From positions 19,340-83,339 of the forward strand of contig CALKEP010000052.1 of the NCBI GenBank assembly GCA_938084645.1: 64,000 nucleotides of DNA, in the 5' to 3' direction. The notes under the pieces were generated by a model. It was not told the DNA's origin, searched no databases, and saw nothing but the letters and a program-made list of their open reading frames with translations. Both the position numbers and the translations under genes were made by a program. Numbering within the stretch: position 1 is the first letter of the stretch; every line of letters starts with the position of its first letter. This document shows, one piece after another, positions 38,231 to 47,539 of the stretch. The stretch is from an uncultured Phycisphaerales bacterium. Its GTDB lineage: Bacteria > Planctomycetota > Phycisphaerae > Phycisphaerales > SM1A02.

Positions 38231-39706
38231 ATGGATGCGGCCCGCGACCCCTTTGAAGAACTCACCGATCTCTTCCTGAGCGACGATCCCGTCCTGGACG
38301 CCCCGGAACGCGAGCCGTTGCCGGCGACGGCGTCCGCGACCGTCGCCTCGCCGGCCGAGCCGAAGCTGACCATCGCGATCTGCGGCCATCTGCCGGTGAT
38401 GGCGGGGCTCTGGGTCACGCAATACGCCGATCGGGTCGCGGAGGAGCATGGACCGACCGGACTCGTTCGGTTGGAAGGCGGCCGGTGCTCGATCGAGATC
38501 TTTCGAGCGTCGAGTCGCGTGGAGAGGCCGGAAGGCGTCGACCTCGCGACGGCGGCGGGGCGCGTCGCCGACGAGATTCGGCGTTGGGTCGTCTGTGTCG
38601 ACGATCGCGATGCGGCCGAAGCCGTTCGAGCCGGTGCCGACGAAGTCGTCATCCTGACCGCGGCGGAGCAGCCCGCGGTGATCGAGGCCTATCGCCTCGC
38701 GAAGGGGGCGGCGGCGCGGGTCGCCGCGGAACAGCCCCTCGACCTCGGACTCGTCGTGGTCGGGGCCGACGAGGATCGGGCCGGTGGCGCGGCGGACGTG
38801 CTCTCGGAGGCCGCGAACCGGCATCTCGATCGCCCGCTTCCGGTGGTGGCGATGGTCCGTCGGCTCGACGTGGTGGAGGGATCCCAGCGAATCATGTTCG
38901 AGGAATCGGTGCGGCGAACGGCCCAGGAGGTCGTCACCGCGATTCGGGCCTCGCTCGACGCGGCGCAGTTCGACACGCCGCCGGCGACGCCCTTGCCCCG
39001 CCCGTTCGGGGACGAGCCGGCCGGCTCGAACGCCGGCCCGAACGCGGGATTGCGTCTGGCGGGTTTCGAGGAGTCGACGAGTTCCGGCCCGCCGCCCAAG
39101 TCCGTGCGTCCGACGCCGTCGCGGCGCGGCGGCATCGGAATGCAGCCACTCTTTCCCGCGGAGTCTCCGAAGCGAGCCGTGGTTCGACCCGTCCGCTTGA
39201 GTCCGGCGCCGACCGGCCAGGCGGGGGCGCCCGCGTTCCGGTCGACCGACGCGTCGAAGGACGTCGAAGCCGCTTCCGGGATCGAGACGTCGCACGCCTC
39301 GGCCGCCGAGTCCGCGCCCGCCGTGGAAGCCGATGCGGTCGAGGTGGTCGGTGCGACGAACTGGTCGAAGTGGATCGACGGGATCTCGGTCGCGAGCTTC
39401 CGGTGTCCGATCGCCCCCGAGGTGGAGTTCGGTCTCGACGAGGACGGGCGGCTGCATCTGCTCTGCGAGCACGGGGCGATCGAGTCCTTGCGCATCGCGG
39501 AAGCCTGGCTCGGCGCAAACCGCGAACTCGTCACGCTCGCCACCGGTTTCAACGGCGCGACGTCGCTCCATGTCTTCACCCGGGACGCGCCGGCGGTCGC
39601 CGATCTCCATCGCGCCGGCATCCGACTCCACCTGCTCGTCGAGGACGGCGCGGGCGGTCGCTGCCTTCCGTTGAACACGTCGTCGAACGCCATCGCACCG
39701 GTCTGA
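38231..39706 (+). CDS. Hypothetical protein with a degenerate MinD/FlhG-like domain
   Basis: ADEVVILTAAEQPAVIEAYRLAK...LSEAANRHL resembles the FlhG C-terminal half; no GKT motif. Confidence 0.7.
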   Translation: MDAARDPFEELTDLFLSDDPVLDAPEREPLPATASATVASPAEPKLTIAICGHLPVMAGLWVTQYADRVAEEHGPTGLVRLEGGRCSIEIFRASSRVERPEGVDLATAAGRVADEIRRWVVCVDDRDAAEAVRAGADEVVILTAAEQPAVIEAYRLAKGAAARVAAEQPLDLGLVVVGADEDRAGGAADVLSEAANRHLDRPLPVVAMVRRLDVVEGSQRIMFEESVRRTAQEVVTAIRASLDAAQFDTPPATPLPRPFGDEPAGSNAGPNAGLRLAGFEESTSSGPPPKSVRPTPSRRGGIGMQPLFPAESPKRAVVRPVRLSPAPTGQAGAPAFRSTDASKDVEAASGIETSHASAAESAPAVEADAVEVVGATNWSKWIDGISVASFRCPIAPEVEFGLDEDGRLHLLCEHGAIESLRIAEAWLGANRELVTLATGFNGATSLHVFTRDAPAVADLHRAGIRLHLLVEDGAGGRCLPLNTSSNAIAPV

Positions 39707-39716
39707 CCGGTCGCGA

Positions 39717-40658
39717 TCAGCCCGTCGGGAAGAGCAGCTGGATCTGGAAGCGGATCGTCCACTCGCCCACGGCGTCGGGTCGGACCACGTTGTAGAAGCC
39801 CTGCAACTGCATGTTCACCGGCTGCGATCCGAAACGCATGATCCGGCCGATGCCGCCGCCGAGCGGGATCGTCCAGCGATTGTCCGAGTCGGCGTTCCAG
39901 TCCGCGGTCAGCACCGGCGACGCGGTGAGATACCAGCCCTTGTCCATGTTGTAGTTCAGGAAGGGCTGGAAGAGGAACGAGTTCACATCGGCGGCGTCCG
40001 AAGGACCCGCGTACGACCACACGTTCTGGACGAGCCCTCCAACCACCCAGGGGCCCTGCATCGAGAGCATCACGAGGCTCGGGCCGGCGGTCCACTTGTC
40101 GCTGCCGAGTCGTGCCGAGGAGGCGGTCGGGAACTGCAGCACGGGGCCCACGCCCCAGATCAGTCCATCGTCGACCTTCGCCGGCGACAGGAAGCCGGTG
40201 AACTGGAGATTGCCGATTCCGAAATCGCTCGAGATCCCGCTGGCCGGCGACGGGGAGTTGACCACCGGAAGAATCGTCCGGGTGATCAGGTTGATGTCAT
40301 CGGTGAGATTGATCGGGATCACCGGCTGGACGTTGAGCACCCACTGGGCGTTGTCATTGGGGCCGGTGGGAAAGGTGAAGTTGTTCTGGAAGGGAAGACT
40401 GATCATGTCCGCCACCGGGTTCTGCGCGGCCTTCGCGAGCGCCTCGGTGTTGGTCGCGTTCGGATCGGCCTCGTACTCGGTGACCACGCCTTCGCCATCG
40501 TCGCGGGTGCCCGTGGCGGTCGAGGCGGTGGGAGCATCGTCCTGCAAGGCCAGGATTCCGGCGGCGAAGTCGAGCTCGACCGAGGTGTCGGCGGCGAGCG
40601 GGGCCGAGAAGGGGAGGGCGATGGCTGAGATGGTGATCGCGGCGCGGATCTGGTTCAT
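39717..40658 (-). CDS. Outer-membrane beta-barrel protein (family often mislabelled 'neuromedin U')
   Basis: Signal peptide, LAKAAQNPVADMISLPFQNN, amphipathic strands, C-terminal QLLFP. Confidence 0.8.
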   Translation of the reverse strand: MNQIRAAITISAIALPFSAPLAADTSVELDFAAGILALQDDAPTASTATGTRDDGEGVVTEYEADPNATNTEALAKAAQNPVADMISLPFQNNFTFPTGPNDNAQWVLNVQPVIPINLTDDINLITRTILPVVNSPSPASGISSDFGIGNLQFTGFLSPAKVDDGLIWGVGPVLQFPTASSARLGSDKWTAGPSLVMLSMQGPWVVGGLVQNVWSYAGPSDAADVNSFLFQPFLNYNMDKGWYLTASPVLTADWNADSDNRWTIPLGGGIGRIMRFGSQPVNMQLQGFYNVVRPDAVGEWTIRFQIQLLFPTG

Positions 40659-40737
40659 GGTTTCTCCTCGTTCGATGTGGCTTCAACGTTGGCTCGCGAT
40701 CGGCCGGGCCGCGCGACGCAGGGGATTGATACCAGAT

Positions 40738-41733
40738 TCACCGACGTCGTGTCAGTAACCGATCGAGCCACCGGCGCCAGTTCTTCGATCGGAAACCGTG
40801 GCACGCGTCGGTGGACCATCCCCGATCGTGAAGCCCCTCGGTGAGCCGATCGAGGTTTCGGAGATCGCGAAGGCCGATGGGGAGGGCGGAACCGGGAAAG
40901 CCACCGTCGGCATCGGAGCCGAGGCCGACTCGATTCCGACCCGCGATCGACGCGACGTGCTCGACGTGATCGAGGCAGTCCTCGATCGTGGCGTCACGAT
41001 CTTCGCCATGGAGGAAACGGCCGAAGAGATTGAGGCCGATCACCCCGTCGCGGGCGGCGATGGCCTGGATCTGGTCGTCGCGAAGATGGCGTGGATTCCG
41101 ACCGGTGATCGCGGCGGCGTTCGAGTGGGTCGCGCAGACCGGTCCGTGAGATCGTTCCAGCACGTCGTCGAACGCCGCCTCGGAGAGATGCGAGAGATCG
41201 TGGGCGATTCCACGTTCATCGAAGGCGTCGACGATCGCTTCACCCGCCGGAGTGAGGCCGCCGGGAACGCCGTTCCCCCCGGCGTAGCGCGAACCTCTGG
41301 CCCAGCTCAGGCCGACGATCCGCAGTCCGCGTCCGTACCACGCGTCGACCGCGTCGGGCCCCGTGATCGGATCCGCGCACTCCATGAGGATCACGAGCCG
41401 GGGAACGGTCGGATGATCGAGATCCGAAGCGTCACGCACGATCCGCACACGGCCGGCTCGCTCCTCCGACTCGTACCACGTCAACTGCCGGAGCCCCGCG
41501 GCCTCGGCCGCGTCGGCGTCATCCGCCGGATACGCCGCGGGTTCGTCGGAAGGGCCGTCGCGTTCCGTGAAGATCGTCGCGAAGGCGGTGCGGATCCGGG
41601 CCTCTGCGAGGTCGGGCCAGCTCACCGTCGCATCGAGGTCGGCCTCTCGCGTGGAGATGAGGAAGTCGCGCCCCTCACCGGCCAGGTAGGCGAGGTCGAG
41701 ATGGGCGTCGATCCAGGCGGTGTCGTCGGACAT
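40738..41733 (-). CDS. Membrane dipeptidase (peptidase M19) family
   Basis: IDAHLD, ILMECAD, DLSHLS, THSNA, GLGSDADGG. Confidence 0.9.
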   Translation of the reverse strand: MSDDTAWIDAHLDLAYLAGEGRDFLISTREADLDATVSWPDLAEARIRTAFATIFTERDGPSDEPAAYPADDADAAEAAGLRQLTWYESEERAGRVRIVRDASDLDHPTVPRLVILMECADPITGPDAVDAWYGRGLRIVGLSWARGSRYAGGNGVPGGLTPAGEAIVDAFDERGIAHDLSHLSEAAFDDVLERSHGPVCATHSNAAAITGRNPRHLRDDQIQAIAARDGVIGLNLFGRFLHGEDRDATIEDCLDHVEHVASIAGRNRVGLGSDADGGFPGSALPIGLRDLRNLDRLTEGLHDRGWSTDACHGFRSKNWRRWLDRLLTRRR

Positions 41734-41853
41734 CGTCGCATGGTACGACGGTGACATCGATGGGACCGGCGTGAAACCCGCTTCTCGACATCACAACCGA
41801 CGATTCCCGCGACATTCATTGCCTCGCGATCTGGGCCTCGGTAGCCTGTTGAG

Positions 41854-42363
41854 ATGTCTGAAGCACCGGGGACCGCCGTTCCGCCACCTCCACCGAGCGA
41901 TTGGGCCGCGGTGGGATGGGGGGGCGCCACGCCGGAAAGGGCGACCGCATCGGTTCGGTTGGCCTCCGGGCTGGTCGCGCTGGTCGCGTCCGCGGTGCTC
42001 ACGATCGCCTGGATTCTGGTGCCTTCCGAGGCCGGCCTCGGAACGCATCGACAACTTGGAATGCCGCCTTGCAACTGGATCGTCGCGGCCAACATGCCGT
42101 GTCCGACCTGTGGAATGACCACCTCGTTCAGCCACGCCGCGCATGGTGATCTTCCCGCGTCGTTCCGGACGCAACCGATGGGGGCCGTGCTCGCGGTCGT
42201 CACCGCGGCCACCGTGCTCGTCGCGGGCTGGACGGCGGTCACCGGCTCGATGCTGGCGCCGTTCTTCACCAGTCTCTTCGGCCGCCGGCTCTTCTGGATC
42301 TCGATCGCCATGCTGCTGCTTGCATGGGGTTGGAAGATCATGGATCACCGGGGCCTCTTGTGA
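41854..42363 (+). CDS. DUF2752-like membrane protein
   Basis: GTHRQLGMPPC...PCPTCGMTTSF plus three TM helices. Confidence 0.85.
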   Translation: MSEAPGTAVPPPPPSDWAAVGWGGATPERATASVRLASGLVALVASAVLTIAWILVPSEAGLGTHRQLGMPPCNWIVAANMPCPTCGMTTSFSHAAHGDLPASFRTQPMGAVLAVVTAATVLVAGWTAVTGSMLAPFFTSLFGRRLFWISIAMLLLAWGWKIMDHRGLL

Positions 42364-42457
42364 GTCACGCCCCTCGTTCGATCGTCCGTTCGTCCGTTCG
42401 TTCCTTCCACCGCCTCGTCCCGCTCGACGTCCGCGGAATCCGTCCGAGACCAAAATC

Positions 42458-43144
42458 ATGAACACGATTCATCGCGACCGTTCGAATGGAATTCTCCGAG
42501 GCCTCTCCGCCCTCGCGGTGGTCACGACCCTCGGCGTCCTCCAGGGATGCCAGATCTTCGGCGTCGCCAGCGTCATCGGTCAGAACATCGAACGCGAGAA
42601 GAAGGTGGAAGTGCTCGCGGAGTACGACGGCCTTCGAAACCAGACCGTGGCGGTGCTCGTTCAGACCGACATGGCGACGCTCTACCAGTTTCCGAGCGTG
42701 GTGGCGGACATCGCCGTCAACCTGAGCCGTCGGATCCAGATGAACGTCGAAGGCGCGCAGGTGCTCAATCCCGCGGCCGTCCTGGACTGGACCTACCACC
42801 AGCCCGGCTGGGAGATGATGCCCTATGGCGAAGTGTGCGAAGAGCTCGGTGTCGATCGCGTGGTGTGGATCGACGTCTTCGAGTTCCGCCTGAATCCGCC
42901 GGGAAACCGCTGGCAGTGGGAGGGCGTGGCCGGCGCCTCGATCGGCATCGTGGAAGCGGACGGCTTCGATGCCGACGCCTTCTCCGAGACCTACGACATC
43001 AGTTCCGAGTTTCCGAAGATCCCCGAGCTCGGGCGTGAAAGCTCGACCGAGGAGAAGATCAAGACCGGTCTCCTCGCGACCTTCGTCCAGCAGGCCGGAT
43101 GGCTCTTCTACGACCACATTGAGGACAAGTACCCCGATGCATGA
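42458..43144 (+). CDS. Hypothetical lipoprotein
   Basis: Lipobox LQGC; alpha/beta domain with GVDRVVWIDV. Confidence 0.8.
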   Translation: MNTIHRDRSNGILRGLSALAVVTTLGVLQGCQIFGVASVIGQNIEREKKVEVLAEYDGLRNQTVAVLVQTDMATLYQFPSVVADIAVNLSRRIQMNVEGAQVLNPAAVLDWTYHQPGWEMMPYGEVCEELGVDRVVWIDVFEFRLNPPGNRWQWEGVAGASIGIVEADGFDADAFSETYDISSEFPKIPELGRESSTEEKIKTGLLATFVQQAGWLFYDHIEDKYPDA

Positions 43145-43835
43145 TTCACGACGCTCCCCACGCCGCCTCGTCGGAGTCCGATCGATGCTCTCGCTGGTGG
43201 TCGCGACCGCCGCGACGGGTCTTCTCGTCGGTTGCAACATCGTGGTGCCGGTGGCCTACGTGCTCGAGGGACCGGGGACGATCCCCGCGGCCTACGAACT
43301 TCGCGAGACCACGACCGCGGTCTTCGTGGATGATCCGACGAATGCGTTTCCCCGGACCGCACTTCGGTCCATGGTGGGCGTGCAGATCACCGACAGTCTG
43401 ATCGCGAACGACGCGATCCCCTCGAACCTGATGGTGGACTCGCGCGACGTGCTCGCCCTGACCCGCGCGCTGGAGACCAGCAACGACCGGGTCAGCATCG
43501 AACGCATCGGTCGGGAGTCCGGGGTCGAGCAGGTGCTCTACGTCTCCCTCGACGGCTTTGCGCTGACGCTCGACGGCTTCACGCCGCGACCCACCGCGGT
43601 CTGCAGCATCAAGGTGCTCGATCTGGCCATGGGCTCCCGGGTGTTTCCGGCGGATGATCCCAACGGACTCGAAGTCGTCGGGCAGATCCGCGAGGTCGAT
43701 CCGTCGAACTTCCAGAGTTTCGCGAAACGACGACGCGTCGAGGACGATCTCGCGATGCGTCTCGGGCGGAACGTGGCCGAACTGTTCTACGAGCACGAGC
43801 GTGTCGATCTCGGTGAGAACCTCGGGATTCGTTGA
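43137..43835 (+). CDS. Hypothetical lipoprotein (distant paralog of the upstream gene)
   Basis: Lipobox LVGC; GVEQVLYVSL; C-terminal LFYEH versus LFYDH upstream. Confidence 0.8.
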   Translation: MHDSRRSPRRLVGVRSMLSLVVATAATGLLVGCNIVVPVAYVLEGPGTIPAAYELRETTTAVFVDDPTNAFPRTALRSMVGVQITDSLIANDAIPSNLMVDSRDVLALTRALETSNDRVSIERIGRESGVEQVLYVSLDGFALTLDGFTPRPTAVCSIKVLDLAMGSRVFPADDPNGLEVVGQIREVDPSNFQSFAKRRRVEDDLAMRLGRNVAELFYEHERVDLGENLGIR

Positions 43836-43892
43836 TCCGTCCACGAGGGCGTCTCCTCCCGTCCACTCCGCGTTCCTGAATTCGCAAGAAGG

Positions 43893-45044
43893 ATGACCCG
43901 CCGCATGTCCCGCGTCGTGCACGTCCTCGAACCAGATGCTCCCGGATGCGGCCCCTCCACCCGGAGGGTGCTCGCGGCGCTCCAGGCCGACGACGCCGTC
44001 GTCGTGATCGGTGGTCGAGCCGCCGCGGACGCGGTGGGTGACGCGGGCGTCGTCGTGACCGCCGCGGTTCCAGCCCCCCTGCGAAGTCCGCGGCTCGCGG
44101 GACCCGCGATCCGTCGCGCCCTCGGCTCGTCCGCGCCCGATCGCATCGTCGCGTGGTCGGAATCCGCGCTGGTCGCCGCCTTGTCCTCCGGAACGACCTC
44201 GGAGGTGGTGGGAATCGTCGGGGCGATCGAACCACGGGCCCCGCGGATCGAAGCCTGGCGCCGGACGACCGCGATCGTCCATCCGATCGGGCCTGAGATC
44301 GGACCGGCGCTGGCTCGACGCGGATGGCGCGTCGGCTCCACCATCGCGGCGGCGGATCTGCCGGTCCGGGGCACCGATCATCCCGATCGCCGGTCATCGC
44401 GACGTGCGTCCATTCGTGGGCAGTGGGGGATCGACGACGACCGTCTCGTGATCGCGGTCGCTGGTGATCCCACGCATGGGTCGGATGTGTCCGCCGCCAT
44501 GACCGCGGCCGCCTCCGCGGCGGTCGCAGGCCGAGGATGCTGCCTCGTCGCGGATCCCATGGGGATCAACGCGGTCGCGTCGTCGCAGTGGCTTCGCGAG
44601 GGCATGGGCCGGTTCGGCGGGAGTCCCGTCGGACTGGTGCTCGATGCCCGGGTGCGGGATCCCCGAGCCATCGCCGCCGGCGTCGACGTCGCGGCCCAGG
44701 TCGATTTCCCCGACGCGGTCACCTTCACACCGCCGTCGGTCGTCGAGATGCGGACCTGGCTCGCCCTCGGCGTGCCGGTGGTCGCGTCCGATCGGGCGAA
44801 TGCGGCCTCGGTGGTTCGCGACCGCGTCGACGGCCGGCTTCTGCCACCCGCGAATCGCAATGCCTTCATTCGGGTGCTGATGCGGCTGGTCGACGAGCCC
44901 GGATTGGTGACCGACATGGCGCATGCCGCCGCCGCGACGCATGGCCGCGGTCTTCCGATTCGACGTCCGAACTGGATCTGGGACTCCCGGGATCACTCGG
45001 CCGGCGGGAGGAGCTTCGAGAATCCGATGGCGGCCTCCCGGTAG
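43893..45044 (+). CDS. Divergent GT-B (family 4-like) glycosyltransferase
   Basis: C-terminal LALGVPVVASD...VVRDRVDGRLLPP motif. Confidence 0.65.
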   Translation: MTRRMSRVVHVLEPDAPGCGPSTRRVLAALQADDAVVVIGGRAAADAVGDAGVVVTAAVPAPLRSPRLAGPAIRRALGSSAPDRIVAWSESALVAALSSGTTSEVVGIVGAIEPRAPRIEAWRRTTAIVHPIGPEIGPALARRGWRVGSTIAAADLPVRGTDHPDRRSSRRASIRGQWGIDDDRLVIAVAGDPTHGSDVSAAMTAAASAAVAGRGCCLVADPMGINAVASSQWLREGMGRFGGSPVGLVLDARVRDPRAIAAGVDVAAQVDFPDAVTFTPPSVVEMRTWLALGVPVVASDRANAASVVRDRVDGRLLPPANRNAFIRVLMRLVDEPGLVTDMAHAAAATHGRGLPIRRPNWIWDSRDHSAGGRSFENPMAASR

Positions 45045-46090
45045 AGCGAGGCGAGATCCTCCTCCGGAATCGACATGCCACGAAGCCGCGGGGCATCCAT
45101 CGGTCCGAAGGTGTCGGGATCGACCAACGCGAGATCCGGATCGGCGATCGGGCTCTCGCCGTCGTGGTCGCTTTCCCACAGTCGTCGCAGCGCCCAGTAC
45201 CGGCTGGCGTAGAGATCGAAGGCGTCGGCTTCGTTCGAGGCCTTGGCGGACATCACGTTTTCGGCGTCGAGCGGATCGGCGCGAAGATGTTCGTCGAGGG
45301 TGACGATGTCGGAGCCGAAGAGAAGTCGACCGCGGTGCCGACGGAGAAAGGCGAGGAGATCCGCCGGTTCGTGTCGCGAGAGCTCGCGGATCATCCACTT
45401 CGTCGCGCTGGTGTCGAGATGAAGGTTCTGGTGGCGTTCGAGGAGACCGTCGAGGAATTCGAGATCCTCCGGCCACCCGCCCATGTGCGCGGCGATGAAG
45501 GGAACCTGGAAGTTCGAGAGGGCGGCTTCGAGGGGTTCGTAGTGGGATCGCTTGTCACCGAAGCGCGCCCGGTCCGAGTACCGGGTCGCGAACCAGGTGT
45601 CGGGATCGGCGACGTGCACCATGATCGCCATGCCGAGATCGACTGCGAGCTGCATGCCCTCCCGTCGAATCGGAGCATCGAGCCGCAGCAGGGCGGGGTC
45701 GCCCGCTTCCTCGCCGAACTCGATGATCCGCGGTGCCGCCCAGAACTTGACGATCCGCGCGCCCTGCTCGCGATACGCCTCGATCCGACGCAGATAGTCC
45801 TCCCCATGGGCGCGTCGGCGATCGGGATTCCTGAAGTCCGGGACCGCGATCGGTTCGAATCGGCCCTCGAGCGCGGTTCGGACCGCCTCGACCTCGTCGA
45901 TCGCGGTCATGGACCACACGGCTTCGATGCCGTAGAGGTCCATCACCTCGGCGAAGAGCCGACTGGCTTCGAGGCCGTTGATGTGGGTGTGCGCATCGAT
46001 GATGGGAACCGTCGGCGGCCCCATGCGGACGGCCTCGGCTCGATAGTCGAGCCCGAGCCGGTTCGATGTCGTCGGAGTGGGGTGCGTCAT
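44993..46090 (-). CDS. Amidohydrolase_2-family metal-dependent hydrolase
   Basis: IIDAHTH, VKFW, MVHVAD, AAHMGG, LFGSD. Confidence 0.9.
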   Translation of the reverse strand: MTHPTPTTSNRLGLDYRAEAVRMGPPTVPIIDAHTHINGLEASRLFAEVMDLYGIEAVWSMTAIDEVEAVRTALEGRFEPIAVPDFRNPDRRRAHGEDYLRRIEAYREQGARIVKFWAAPRIIEFGEEAGDPALLRLDAPIRREGMQLAVDLGMAIMVHVADPDTWFATRYSDRARFGDKRSHYEPLEAALSNFQVPFIAAHMGGWPEDLEFLDGLLERHQNLHLDTSATKWMIRELSRHEPADLLAFLRRHRGRLLFGSDIVTLDEHLRADPLDAENVMSAKASNEADAFDLYASRYWALRRLWESDHDGESPIADPDLALVDPDTFGPMDAPRLRGMSIPEEDLASLYREAAIGFSKLLPPAE

Positions 46091-46123
46091 GGACGGGATG
46101 GTAGCCGTCGACGCGAAGGGGGA

Positions 46124-46750
46124 TCAGGGCGTGTCGTTCGATTCCGGGATCTTCGAGCCCTCGACGCCCTGGGTGGGACTCACGACGCGATTGTCGAGGC
46201 CGGGCCGAGCCCGGGTCGGCGTCTTCACCTTCTTGGTCGCGGTTCCGTTCAGTCGCTTGCGGGCGGTGGGAAGCGAGTCCACCTCACAGGCGTCGGTCGG
46301 GGGTTCGATCACGCCGCCGGCGATGACCCGTCCGATGTAGATCTCATGGTCCGCTTCGATGTCGAGGTGACGGATGAGTTCGCACCGGACCCAACTGGCC
46401 GAGGCCGTGGGAATCGGGATGCCCGCGGTGTCGGGAACGAGGCTGTGACCGAGGAACGGATCCTCGCCATGGAGGTCGCCTGGTCGATTGAAGAGCCGTG
46501 ACAGGATCAGGTCGCGGCCTCTCAACTCGCACAATCCGAAGACCGCCGAGTCGCGGATGAGCGGGCTCAGGGCGTGCCCTTTCTGGACCGCCACGGTCAC
46601 CGTGATCGGCTCGTCGGCGCACTTCTGCACTCGGGTGACGAGCATCCCGTTCCGCTGATCGCCGTGTGCGGCGGTCATGAGGAAGCGTCCGACCGGCATT
46701 CGATCGGTGGCCTGAGTCAATTCCGTTCTTCCGTTGGGTTCGATCGCCAT
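46124..46750 (-). CDS. Flavin reductase-like protein
   Basis: MPVGRFLMTA..NGML, DHEIYIGRV. Confidence 0.85.
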   Translation of the reverse strand: MAIEPNGRTELTQATDRMPVGRFLMTAAHGDQRNGMLVTRVQKCADEPITVTVAVQKGHALSPLIRDSAVFGLCELRGRDLILSRLFNRPGDLHGEDPFLGHSLVPDTAGIPIPTASASWVRCELIRHLDIEADHEIYIGRVIAGGVIEPPTDACEVDSLPTARKRLNGTATKKVKTPTRARPGLDNRVVSPTQGVEGSKIPESNDTP

Positions 46751-46917
46751 GCCGTTCCAGGGTTGCGTTCCCCGTTTGACGCGGGGTGCGGATCAGTGGG
46801 TGGTTCGTGGACAGCATGCGCTCGAAATCGAAAAAATCCATAACTGCCGTCCAAACAGAGGCTTGGAAACACCCTTGTTGGAGTCGTGGGGCCGACGAGG
46901 GGCAAAAAAACCACGAA

Positions 46918-46969
46918 ATGGGCAAAAGTGGGTGATTGTGTTGAAGAGTGTGGCGATGTGGAGTATTCT
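46918..46969 (+). promoter_or_regulatory. mraZ promoter with five MraZ-type boxes at exact 10-bp spacing
   Basis: ATGGG(46918), GTGGG(46928), GTGTT(46938), GTGTG(46948), GTGGA(46958) overlapping TTGAAG-N17-TATTCT (46941-46969). Confidence 0.8.
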
Positions 46970-47039
46970 CCGGCCGGCATCGTGTGACGGCCTCGAAAGG
47001 TCGACACCTTTCGGCTTCGGACCTGCGGAGTACTGATGC

Positions 47040-47510
47040 GTGCTTTTTCTCGGCGAATTCGAGCACACCATCGACACGAAGAATCGGCTGGCGATCCCAG
47101 CCGAGCTTCGCGACGTGCTCGACGAGGCGACGCACGGATCCGCGTTCGTCGCGGCACCGGGATCGAACGGAACGCTCTGGCTCTGGCCGGAGCGGACCTT
47201 CGCGGAACTCGCCTCGAAGCTCGGCGGCACGCTCCTCGGCGAAGAGGAACTGGTCGCCTTCGATCAGGCGATCTTCTCGCAGTCGGCACGGTGCACCATC
47301 GATTCGGCCGGACGGGTTCGGCTCCCCGAGCGTCTGCTCGGAAAGTTCGGACTGTCCGGGAGTGTGATGGTGCTCGGCGTTCGCGACCATCTCGAACTCG
47401 TGGCGCCGGATGCCTGGCGGGAGAAGCAGGCGGCCCTGCCCTCCGACGGCGACGTCTGGAAGCGAGCCCGCGCGGCGCTGGCCGAACGGTCGAAGGGGGA
47501 GGGTCGATGA
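47040..47510 (+). CDS. mraZ: Division/cell-wall cluster transcriptional repressor MraZ
   Basis: FLGEFEHTIDTKNRLAIPAELR...IDSAGRVRLP...LGVRDHLEL. Confidence 0.95.
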   Translation: MLFLGEFEHTIDTKNRLAIPAELRDVLDEATHGSAFVAAPGSNGTLWLWPERTFAELASKLGGTLLGEEELVAFDQAIFSQSARCTIDSAGRVRLPERLLGKFGLSGSVMVLGVRDHLELVAPDAWREKQAALPSDGDVWKRARAALAERSKGEGR

Positions 47511-47539
47511 GAACCTCCACGAACATCATCAGAACCAAT

